DNA of 62,101 bases, the filler included, from Hausera hauseri (Eukaryota), in assembly GCA_046269625.1 (NCBI GenBank). It is 12 parts of 12 records of this genome, joined end to end, with 100 filler letters (N's around TTAATTAATTAA, not from the genome) between each part and the next. Parts side by side here need not be neighbours in the genome. Positions count along the whole stretch, not along the records: positions 22,448 to 26,640 come from JBJURY010708992.1; positions 26,741 to 32,516 come from JBJURY010191305.1; positions 32,617 to 37,548 come from JBJURY010388035.1; 9 more parts are not named here. One strand, given 5' to 3'. Below are positions 26,296 through 37,648 of the stretch, piece by piece (within the stretch, counting starts at the first letter, position 1; every line of letters begins with the position of its first letter). The notes under the pieces were generated by a model. The model had not been told where the DNA came from, did not search any database, and was given only the letters and a program-made list of their open reading frames with translations. The translations under genes were made by a program, and so were the position numbers.

Positions 26296-26892
26296 GACAC
26301 TTCTACCTACTGATTTCGAATAATGTATTCGAATATGTAACACCGGTTCAGATTCACCATATATGGTTTCCTGTCTGTCTACAATTAAAGATTTATTGAT
26401 TTCAGTGTGCTTCACCTCCAATTTCGCCCTCAATTGTGCAATCAAAATGATCACCGTTTAATTACTTAGTATTTTTGTGAGGAGGAATTTAAACAAGTAT
26501 TAATGTTTAAATTTAATTCAAAGTTAAATCAATAAACAGCGTATATAAATTCAGGAAATTCAAAAAAAAGGATGAAAAGAAGAATCATTTAATGAGTGAA
26601 GGAGATAATTGTTATACAAACTTTTATAATAAATTTCTTANNNNNNNNNNNNNNNNNNNNNNNNNNNNNNNNNNNNNNNNNNNNTTAATTAATTAANNNN
26701 NNNNNNNNNNNNNNNNNNNNNNNNNNNNNNNNNNNNNNNNATAAATTGGAATATTTCGGCAGATGGTCCATTCGATATGTGGTTGGTAACGATGGAGTCG
26801 CAGCGGAAACTGCAGCTCCTGATGACGACCACAACAACGCGAATTTGATGTTTGTCGCTTTCCCTTTTTTTGAAAAGTTAAACTCATTAAAA

Positions 26893-26941
26893 TGGTGGCA
26901 GCGGTGGGATTCGAACCCACGCCCTTTCGGACTGGTGCTTA
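26893..26941 (-). tRNA. 3' half of tRNA-Leu (probably TAA anticodon) ending in CCA; truncated, not a functional gene
   Basis: Minus strand TAAGCACCAGTCCGAAAGGGCGTGGGTTCGAATCCCACCGCTGCCA-CCA: long variable arm, T-loop and acceptor 3' strand present; 5' half absent. Confidence 0.88.
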
Positions 26942-27199
26942 CACAATACTAAGACCTCTAAAGACAGTATGTACATTAAGTTTCGTATTTTTTACAGATT
27001 GAAGTCTTTGTTTTTTCATCGGAATGGACCGTTTAACCTGGTTGATTATCCGTTTGACAGGTTGATGTGTTTTTGGTAATTTATGGTCTGTTGTAGTTGC
27101 AATTTGTTGTGATGGTAATTGTTGGTCCAAAACAAATTGTTTGGCCATGTTGATCATCTCCTTATGTTCTCGAACAATAGTTTTTAGGTTTTGTAAAGA

Positions 27200-28472
27200 A
27201 TGTAAGATGAAGTTTCGCATGGTATATGCAAACAATTTTGTCTGGACAATGTGGAATGTAATATCTACATCCTAAACAGCATTCATTAGCTTTATTGTTA
27301 AATTTGCTATGATAATAGCACACAAAAGGTCATGTAGGCGATGGTGACCTGTTTCTGGAAACAGAACGAATACGATTATACACAGGAACACTACGTCGTG
27401 GTAATGAAAGATCGTTCAACCTATTATTAATGTTGTTTATTGTCTGTTGTAGTGCTAAATTTTCAGCGCGTTATTGACTCAACTGTTGCTCTATTGTTGT
27501 ATTGAATTTATTGTCGCTTGTTGTGACCGCGGCTGATACAATTGGTTGGGAAGTCAATTGTAGCACTTCAGGTGCTTTATCAGCCAATTCGGCTAATTAA
27601 TCCAACGCCGTAGATTCCTCAACAACGGTAAGAAATGCCCTCATTTGTATAGGCAACGCGTTTAAGAAATATCGTTGCAGAAGGTCTAAATTATGCTTCT
27701 TGGTTACGCATAGCGTTTGCAGGTGAGTCAACGACGTACGCGGGAACTTAGAAGGCTTTTGTGTTCCCATTGCGTTATAATTAAAGAAGCGATGAATTAT
27801 AGAGTCCATGGACGGCTCTGTAAGTTTTATAACTGCATTTTAATTATGAGTATAAGGGTCAGCCTGCTGAAAAATATCTGTAAGATTGTAGATACGAGTT
27901 TTGATGTTGGTTAAAAGAAGGAATAGAAGATTGTTAGCCTTAGCCAAAGAATCAGTAATGTCATAAGATTCAAGCCATAGTTGGTGAAACTGCAACCAAG
28001 TTTTGCTAGAATTTTGGTTGTCAGTAAAATACTCAGTACACTGAGATGGGTTGATACCTGTTTGCTTATGCAGAGAAATCTTATAAGAGTTTTGAGGAGT
28101 TCTTGACGGTTTAAGGTTAGACTGTTTGAGGTAAATAATCGATTTAGGTTTAGCAGGATCGTCCGAAGTGTCAATGGTGGAAGAGGATTGCATCCCACCA
28201 CGGACTCTAGGAATGATGTGAAAACAGATGTAGGAAGGCTTAAAGGCGATGTCTTGAAGACTGTTAAGGACGAAGCCATTGTGAGTCAGGTAAAAATGGA
28301 AGATATGGATTATTGTACGAATATGGTCATGTAAATGTGTAATATCTTTATAGTTTATTACATTTAGAGTATGTACTAATTTATTATTTAAAAAACAAAA
28401 TTAAGAGTGTAGGTAATAGGCAGCCGGTTGGGTGGTATAGCATTCCTGCGCATCGCTCTCCGTACCCCACAG
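27200..28472 (-). mobile_element. Same gypsy family, copy 3 (UBL-gag only, truncated in the second CHCC knuckle)
   Basis: MQSSSTIDT..., SSKTWLQFHQLWLES..ITD, GTQKPSKF, YFLNALPIQMRA; collinear with copies 1 and 2. Confidence 0.92.
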
Positions 28473-29119
28473 CCGTTGGTGTAACAGCTGAAGGATTAGA
28501 TCCATTACAACGGAGTTAAAATATCGGAGGTGAAAAGAGAAGCTTGTCGTAGAATTCAACCGATGGTGTAAGGTGAGAAAAAGAAGCGTTGATTCTAGAA
28601 TCAATCACCTCTCGCCAAGAAATTTGTAATATTTCGATATGGTGATAAACGGGTAGCATTGAAGCGGTACAGAAAACAAAATCCGTTGAGGAAAAACAGA
28701 CGGTTATGTTATGTATTATAGGTTGCCGCGGTGATAGAACATTGTGATGTGATTGTAGAACATTGGATATTTTTCGGACGGGATTTGTAACCTTCGGATG
28801 ATTGAAAAATGAGAATAATGTCATGCACCGTTCGTTAAAGGAAATCCGGGAATATCCTGCAATGGTTCCATCGATTGAATTAATAGTGAAAATAGGTCTA
28901 TCTCGAGATAATGTAATTCGTAATAGCCATATTAATATGTCTTCAAGGTGCAAAAGGGAGATAAATGTCAATATTCCATACGTACCATTTGTATCATCCG
29001 AAAAGTATGGTTCAAAAGACCGTCGGTAATAGTTACCGATAATAATAAAATGGAAGAAACTACGCAATCGGTTAAAATGGGGCTTTTCACAAAGGGAAAT
29101 GTTAAAAATGTTATGAAAT

Positions 29120-29340
29120 GTGTCCATCCATCCCAACCTATCAAAATGTATAACAAAGCATACTTCAGCATTATGTAGCTTAATAAGTTTGTCGAAATCC
29201 TTCGTATGTTTAAACCAACATGGGATTACGACTGTAACCATTGTTTTGAACATTTGGAAAGTATCGGTATCTGTGACTGTATTCGAATTGCGAGGAATAT
29301 TGGATTCAGGAAAAATGACATGTACGACCACTTTGTTCAC
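29120..29340 (+). pseudogene. Possible myosin motor-domain fragment, antisense to the mosaic
   Basis: FVC/KPT..WDYD...EHLESIGICDCIRIARNIGF...YDHFV loosely resembles myosin CIKPN..FD...QL...G.LE.IRI.R.GF....Y..F. Confidence 0.3.
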
Positions 29341-29979
29341 ATTAGAAATGAATTGAAAACCAAAAATAAAGCTGAGAATCGGTGTTGAGAACCGATACAC
29401 TTAACATGAAAAAGGATATGACAAAAATAATTCTGTGTTATCGACAAAAGACGGATAACCGTAAAGGAGTATATTATATTTATTACATGGCAACAAAATA
29501 GATTGTCTCATTCGATGTAAGGTGACGTAGGTCTGTAGAACATAGTCCGTCCACCTGGGCAAACCACAAATCTTCGAGTGCATGCTGGATACGCTTTGAT
29601 TTATATCTTAAGGGAGGGAGTTTGGACAAAAAAGGCGAATCGTAGGCAAAACCCAAAAGGTGTATAACTTTGGATATCGTTGCGAGTTGATCGGATCCTA
29701 TTGGCCAATGTATATAACGTAGTATTCTTGTATAAAAACAGCTACACTTGTCCCTAGAACGGTGTGCAGTATACCTATTTCCGGTAAAATACCAATAAAT
29801 TGGTCAACAGAAACGTACGATTTAGTTTTGACAGCAAATACGTCACGCGTTATAATACCATGACTATCTTCTTCTTCAGTATCTGTCAGAAGTATATCAT
29901 CCATAATTCGTTCCTTGTTAGCATCAGTAGGTGTGCTAGTCGATATTGAACCGGGATTGTCTTTTTCAACAGGTGTAAT

Positions 29980-30255
29980 TGCAATAGCTACACAAACAGC
30001 AGCTAAAACTTCGGAATATTCTGATTTCAGTAAGCTGATAATCAATTCCAATTCACCAATAAAGGATCGTACTATTTCGCCCGTATTCTTAGTATTGTCA
30101 ATACATGGACAAATAGACCAAGCTGCATTAGCTTGTACTTCCGGATTCGGGTTTTTAACAAAGACCAAAGCAACCGTATACCATCTGGTAAGTCGATAAT
30201 AGTCATGCTATGTGATTCCTCGGCACATCGACCGACAGCCCATGCGGTCAACCCA
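29980..30255 (-). pseudogene. ARMC4: ARMC4/ODAD2 armadillo-repeat fragment, frameshifted
   Basis: AVGRCAEESHSMTIIDLPDGIRLLWSLLK/NPNPEVQANAAWSICPCIDNTKNTGEIVRSFIGELELIISLLKS..EVLAAVC matches ARMC4 ARM repeats. Confidence 0.88.
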
Positions 30256-30269
30256 TGCATGTCCACGTC

Positions 30270-32485
30270 ATGCAGTTGGTCACAGAACAATTTAATCAGA
30301 TTATAGCCGTTATCGAAATATTGATAATCGTCGTCTATTTTGTCGCCCATGTCAGTGAATGGAAATGGTGAAGTCACATCTATGGCCGATTGGAATTCAT
30401 CGTTGTATATTTCCTCTGTGGAATAGGTGGGAGCCAAGTTCGACTGGACGTACCAGTAGAAACAGCCAAATGTCTGGATCCAATTGAGTCGTTTCAAGAG
30501 TGACAAAACGGACCCATCTGATAAGACCAGTGAGGTCGGACCGGATAGTAGAAAGTAGATGCGGAGAATGTTCCGAGGAATGTGAGCATAGGTCCATTTC
30601 AAGTGACATAACTGCAGCTGTTCACGCAGAACATCACTAGGATGCAGCGGACCACCGACCTGAGCAATAAGAAGAGCCAGACGGTAGTGTGCAGTGAAGA
30701 CCGACAATTTAGCAGTGGTGGTCATTTCCCTACAACATATTAGATCGGGAATGAGATCGTTGACATGATTCTTGTCTAATGTGCTAATGGTACACTTCAG
30801 TACCGCAGTAACAGCATCCACCAATTTCCCACGGTTTTGTTCCCTGATCCAATGAGACAAAGCCTGTTTACGAGCTACATCTTGCAGACACCCGGGTAAC
30901 GGGTCCTTCGACTCGACGTCCAATCTGCCCCACAACGCGTGGTACATACTAACAATACGCTCGAATGTCTGTCGTTCCTCGGTTGACTGACCAATTGTAG
31001 TGGCATGCACAGAAAGATAAGCGGTCAGTACATCGATACCTTCCGTCGGCTGCATATGAGGACAGCCGGTAATAGACGATGCTCCTGTATGATACGATAT
31101 GACCAATGACGAATCCAATAATTTCATCTGGTATTCGCTGATGTCATACGAATGATTCACGAATCGCAATGAGTTCGGCGACGGAAATCGTTGCATAAAT
31201 GGACGATGTTCCGTTTGTGCTTTGATAACATGTTTCACAAGTAAATGACGACCGGATGCGTCCCTCAATGCCGAATAGATCGCTGGACGAAATCTGCTAC
31301 CAGCACGGAATGCTGGTTCCAAGAAACATTTCTTGTACAGATTAGCGTCTGTCGGTTCCATGGATTTCATTAATCGCATTGGCAGATACAATTGTGTCAA
31401 CGAATTCACATCTTGCAGATAATTAGGAATCTCCAATCGCCGACACTTCTGTACCTTTGATTGTACCGGAGTTGTCGATGAAACAGTGTACGCCACGATC
31501 GGGTTAATGGAACTGTCATCCAAATCTTTGAACGCGGTCATTTCCTTGAAATTAATAACGGCATTGGACTGTTCGACTTTATCTGAACTTCGGAATGGCT
31601 ATTCGAGAAATCCCTCACCCATTTCCATTGATTCAAATTTCTTAGCAAACGGTTCGCATTTATCAAAACCAAACGAACGATTATCGATCGAACGGCGAAC
31701 AGAAAATATGCTGTCAGCCATACACTCGTCATCATCACTCTCATACATCGGCAATCGAATTTCCATGCAGAATAAATTGTGATTTTTAGATATCTGCGCC
31801 AGTTTACTAATTGGCGTTAAAAAACTTATTTCTTCATTTGTCATTGAATCGGCTTCTGCCGATAATACCTCGTATTCGTCATGCGACGATTTATTCGCCA
31901 GTTTTGCCGGTGTTCGTCTAAGCCGACCAGCGTCATTATTCGACAACGGTTCAACGTCATTATCATCATTATCCCAATCAACAAATCGATATTTACCAAA
32001 GAGATAAATTTTAAATACCCACGAACCCGAATAAAACTTGCACCAATTATATTCGTACACCGTTTCAATTTCTGTTCGAAATAATCCGGATTAACATCGG
32101 TGCCACTGTTTCGGTTCAATTCCTCCAGAGATCTGTCTACAAATGATGAAATACTGGCTTCGGTTTTCAGTCTAACTAAGGAAAATGAACTCTCATGTAA
32201 CGAATTGTTGCTGTTAATGAACTTCCGGGATTTATCCCATATGGACGATAGAAAATACGTCCAACATCCGCGTTTCGTGAAAAATGCTCGATTTAAACTC
32301 ATGATTTTTGTCGACGGCCAATCGTCAACATCAAACCCAATGAAGACTTTCGATGGGTTATTTACGTGCAAATTGGAATTCGAGATTTCCCGGCGGACAT
32401 TCGACGAATTGGCTAATTTACCTGAATCGTGTCGTTTGATGACATGCGATAGAATGTTCAAACGGTTGATGTTAGCTTCTGGCAT
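30270..32485 (-). pseudogene. NUP98: Intronless Nup98-Nup96 precursor fragment, frameshifted
   Basis: YFEQKLK...GASF, SGSWVFKI..F.KY (autoproteolysis region), ALWG, ARKQALSHWI, YRLALLIAQ, LRIYFLLSG, LNWIQTFGCFYWY, YNLIKLF match Nup98/96. Confidence 0.85.
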
Positions 32486-33019
32486 TGCTGTTCTGTCATT
32501 TGGTTGGGGCGATTAGNNNNNNNNNNNNNNNNNNNNNNNNNNNNNNNNNNNNNNNNNNNNTTAATTAATTAANNNNNNNNNNNNNNNNNNNNNNNNNNNN
32601 NNNNNNNNNNNNNNNNGGCTTACATTAAGTGGCAGCAGGTAGTAGTGTTCTTTTTTATTTGTATGATGTATTAACCTTATTTTAATGAATATGATGATTT
32701 ATGCAGTGCATTTTGTAATTCTTTATCGAGTAATTTTTGGTTGTAGCAGTTTATTAGGTATATTTTTTTGTATATTTTCTGTACTTGAGAAAAGTGTCAT
32801 GTTCTGTTGTTAAATTCTACTTGCATTTTATTTATTTATTTATAATTTTTTTTGGCTTTTGCACTATGGTATGTTAATAGTGTGAAGAATTAGGGTTATT
32901 GTAGGTGAGTGGTTTGTTTTTATTGGTTTTTGCTTTTTATTGTGTGTATTTGTTATGCGGTGGCCAATTTTTTCTCGAGAAATGTGATTTTTATATGTAT
33001 TTTATTTCTGATAATTTAC

Positions 33020-33545
33020 CTTTGGTTCTGAAGGAATCATGTCAGACTCTACCGGCTTTGCTGTGAATACACAGCTAGCATATTCACAGCGAAGTTGGCA
33101 GAGCATGCATCCATTGAAGCTTTTTTTTTAGCGAATGTAAGACCCGCGGAGTATGTGAATGCGAAATGCCGATTTTGAGTTATTTATTTTTATTATTTGC
33201 TTTTTGACATGCATCTGTTGTGGCGCGAGATAGAGTCGCACCAACTTGGTGACTACGGAAGCTTGCGAAAAAGAAATGGTGTCTGGGTGTGGCTCGTAAG
33301 CGACATCTGTTCCATGTATCTTGGTTCCAAAGGAACCATGTCGGGCATAGCAGTCAGCATATTCATGGTGAAGCTGGCAGTGCGTGCATACACTGAAGTT
33401 TAAATGAGAACTTTGAGGGTTTATTTTTATTCTTTGCTTTTTATTGTGGCACGAGACAGAATGGCACCAACTTGGCGACTACAGAAGGTCACCAAAAAAC
33501 ATGGTGTCCGGGTGCGGCGTCTGAGCAACATGTATACCATTGCTA
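33020..33545. repeat. Diverged tandem repeat of two modules (A-B-A'-B'), with a third B copy near 34140-34230
   Basis: TTGGTTC..AAGGAA.CATGTC at 33022 and 33321; TGTGGC.CGAGA.AGA..GCACCAACTTGG.GACTAC at ~33219 and ~33445. Confidence 0.7.
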
Positions 33546-34827
33546 ATAGGTTGTTTGTTATATTTATAGTCATGAAGATATGTTTCACTATAGAAGTTAG
33601 TTTAAAAAAGGTTGTTTTGAAATGTCTGAAGGGTAATGCTGATATGAGGATGAAGCCTGAGAAAAGTTTTTGATGGTTCTGTTTGGATTTCTTGGTTTAA
33701 GCAGGAATGTTTCTGTTTGTGCACGTTTTGTTAGGAATGTTTTTTGGTTTACTTTTCCTTGTTTGACTATGGAGGAGGTTTATTGTTGACATATGGAATT
33801 GTGAGGTAATTTTTTTTTTTGTTTTTGCAAGGTTTTTTTTTTTTTTTTTCCCTGTAATTTTTTCAGGCTTAGTTTTTTGGAAACTTTACCATCATTTGTA
33901 CTTTTGTTGTTTTATACTTTGTTTCTTGGAAATTTGATCATGGTTTGTTCTTTTGTTATACTGCGTTTGGTTTTTCATTTTGCTGGATGTTTGGTTTTTA
34001 TTAGTTCTGAAAAGAGCTTGTTTTTAATATGTTTTTTGTTTTATGTTGTGTTTTATATTAGTAAGCATTTTGGAATGATAATGTCAAGAATTGGTGTTAT
34101 TTTATGCAGGTGGTTTATTTATTTATTTATTTTGTGTGTGTGTGAAGTAGAATCGCACAAAGTTGGTATGGGAGGTCACGAAGAAAACATGGTGGCCAGG
34201 TGAGGTGTGGTAGATGCATTTGTCCCATTAGTTTGTGCAAAGGTGATCTGAAGAGTACTTGTATAAAATAAATATCTTATAACATTTTGTATTAGTTATT
34301 GGAGGTTATTTTATGTTTAAAAAATTCAGTTGATTTAGGAAGATTATTTGCTAGAAATATATTTTGTACTCTAAAGTATTTACTCACATTAATTTTGGTT
34401 TGGATTTGCTTTTTTTCTTTCAGGTGCTTATTGAATATAAACCTGTAGCAACCTGAAAGATGAAAGAGGGCACATCGGAAATAACCATCATCTGAAGTTA
34501 ATACTTTCGCGCTGAATACAGAAGACGCTTGTGATGTCAAGATTTGGATCCTCGAGTCTTACCTTGTTCCAGATTGTTTTTACAGCTTCAACCTTTCCTC
34601 CGCTATCAGCGCTGTGTGTCTCAAGCTCAACATGAGCTATTATGTTGCCGCATTTATTTATTTTTTGTTATGTAATTGTTTGTATAAGTTTTATGTAAGT
34701 TTTTATTAAATTATGTTACTGTTAAATTAGTGTATCTTCATTTGAATTATACTACTTTCTTTTAACCAATCTGGATTTTCCAATCAATCTCCTTTTTACT
34801 TATGTTATTCAGAATACAGGTACGAGG

Positions 34828-36982
34828 TAGAGATCTGCAGCGGGCCAGGCCTATCAATTTTAAATCGGGCCGGGCCGGCTGAAAACTACGGAGCCCGAAT
34901 AGGACTGAAAACTATATATTAAGGATGGACAATCTGCGGGCCGCAGTTAGTTTTTTTGAGCATTTTATAAATCTTTATAAAATTTTGTATTCTTAAAATA
35001 AATCATAAATAGATTTGCCTATCCACCAAGAATATCGTCATGTTTTCTTTGCAAAGGAGTTTGTTTTCCCCCCAAGATTTCCGAGAAGAATTCTCTGTAC
35101 TATGACAGTCAAACCTACGGATAATAAATTATCTCAGATGAGAAGCGTTTCTTTCAACACGTGAGCTTTGTTGTCCAGAAAAAGACAGCAGGGGTGGACT
35201 GTAGGAGGTCAAATAATCTGTGTTGGGTATTTTGGAAAATAGTAATTACTTTTTTTAGCTCTTCTTATCTGAGCAATCTAAGGATAATAAAAGCTTTGAG
35301 ATAGCATCCTGTGTATTTTTCTGGCTTTGTAGTACCATGCATGCCCGAAAGACGCTCTTGCGAACCAATCAATCAATCTGCTGGCCAGTGTGAATTTGTC
35401 ATTCACTTCCCACCAGTCGTCAAAGTGTGTGTCCAGAATTCGATCCCTGATTCATCATTAAAAGAAATGGTTGTACGATAGTTTTCAAAGAGGCTGGTAA
35501 AGAATGACAAGAGCGTTATTGTTTCGTTTGAGGAGACTTTCACTCCACCAGTGAATAATATAAATCTAAAATTTATGGGCACTTGGACGATTGAGATACA
35601 GGTAACCAGGAGAGGAGGTGAGTCTCTTATGATCCCCTTTTATTTTAGTATTATTGATTTTGTGCTGATTTTCTTTATTTCAATGGAATGAAAATGTATA
35701 TCCATGAGAGAAAATTGCAAATATTCTAAAGTACTTTACTTATTGTTTTTATAAAATTTACGCAAACACGCACAAAACATGGCAATAAAGTGCTTTGTCG
35801 AAATATTTTTGTGTTTTGCTTTAAAAAAAGTTATCTAACATTGAAATGAAGTTGAAAGTTCACGTCTATAAAATTACTGATAAAGAAATACACTCATTTA
35901 TAATTTGGAAACTCATACGTAATCCAAGAGATTGAATGCCGAGTGAAATATTACCGATATTTGCTACTTTAAGTAAATCTCAATCCAAATAGAAACTTGA
36001 TATCGTTAACTGTGACAGAAAGGATAAGTTCGGGCATTTTTTTATGTGTCTACAAAATACCTGATGTTATATGAAAAATTAAATAAATCGTTGAAAACTT
36101 TTGAGGTCGGAAAATGATTAACCTTCCAAAACTTAACAACTGCATCTCATCCCCCGATTTTTATTTACAACGTACATCATCTGCATCTTAAATACCAATA
36201 TTATCATTAATATTTTCATATCTTTGATTATTCTATAAGAAAAATCATTATTTTTATTGATAGGTCATGGCACTTAAATCTGCATATTATCAAAATACAA
36301 TATTTTCAAACTACCTGTTGTCTGAAAAATAGTTTAATAAATTTAACGAACGCTGGAAAAATGATCCCAGTGCAGCTAATAAGATGCCAAAGTTTCTGTC
36401 CTTATCTCTCCCCCCCCCTCCCCCCGAAATAAAAAAAATTAAAAGTTAATGCTAATGGATTGTTAAACTGTACATGTTGAGTTCTTAGAATCTCGAACAC
36501 TTTTAAATATTTCAGAGGAGAAACATTTTACTAGGGGACATTGACTTGTTTCGTAGTTATACCCTCTTGACAACCCCTGTATATAACTTTAAAATTTCGT
36601 TAAACCTCGACTAATCAACCTTGGATTGTGCATGTTTTCATTTGAAATTTTCTGTTATAATGAATATAAAGTATGGGTAGTGCAATCTTGTTACTGAAAT
36701 TTTGTTATGAAACAAAATGATGTATGGATTTAAGTGTTTGAGGACTGGAAACTTATAGCTATTATACACCAGTTACTTTTACCAGATGTCAACTCTAGGA
36801 CTATTTGTTTACTTGGAAAGTTTGTTTATCCAAGTAAAAAAATGAATACCTCTCCTCATTTGATAGAATAACTCATCGGGCCTAAAATTCAAGCTTCTTG
36901 GACGGACCGGGCCTAAAATTCAAAATTTTTGAACGGGTCGGGCCGGGCCGGGCTTGAAATTTCCGGCCCGTGCAGATCTCTA
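34828..36982. mobile_element. Non-autonomous hAT DNA transposon, 2155 bp
   Basis: TIRs begin TAGAGATCTGCA; perfect 8-bp TSD GTACGAGG at 34820-34827 and 36983-36990; subterminal GGGCC(G) repeats at both ends. Confidence 0.92.
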
Positions 36983-37648
36983 GTACGAGGTATCGAATAT
37001 TAAATTGCATTTTTTCACACTCAATAGTTTGTGATGGTAGCAATGATATATGGTATACAGAGTTCTGTATTATAAACTGCACCAAATTTAAATTAACTCA
37101 ATGTACACAAAATCCATGTAAAAAAAGTAATTATTAAAAATCTTTGGTATACAAATGTACACATTTCTATGTTTAAAACTTTCAAAATTGATAATTTTGA
37201 AACAGTTCCTTGGATTAAACTTCCAAGATTAATTATTTACTAGATGGAACCCGTCAAAACTTGACGGTAAAAAAGTTCATAACTAAAAATACAAATTCAT
37301 AACCTGTCTTATCAAATTTAAAATTTATTTGGAATAGGAATGATCAAACAATCTAATTTGCATCCTAAGAGGCCTCAATCAATGCGATCCTTCCCCTGCC
37401 CCTCAAAAAAAAAAAAGATAAGATATTAACATTAAAATAGATAAATAGAATTTTAAATAAAGATTTGTCAACATAGTATATATATATAAAACTATAGATA
37501 AAAATATATAGAGACAAAGACAAGAATCATTTATATAATCATAAATATNNNNNNNNNNNNNNNNNNNNNNNNNNNNNNNNNNNNNNNNNNNNTTAATTAA
37601 TTAANNNNNNNNNNNNNNNNNNNNNNNNNNNNNNNNNNNNNNNNNNNN

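Noticed and set aside
22348-26740. PolB, gypsy and host fragments forming one giant composite element
   Set aside because: They lie on different contigs separated by linkers, so no physical linkage can be inferred
26815-26880. CTGATGA hammerhead ribozyme core (also near 82, 5465 and 15940)
   Set aside because: No properly placed stem II plus GAAA with flanking helices found by eye
28516-29400. 294-aa minus-strand ORF as a genuine gene
   Set aside because: No coherent domain; appears to run across unrelated mosaic pieces, part probably antisense
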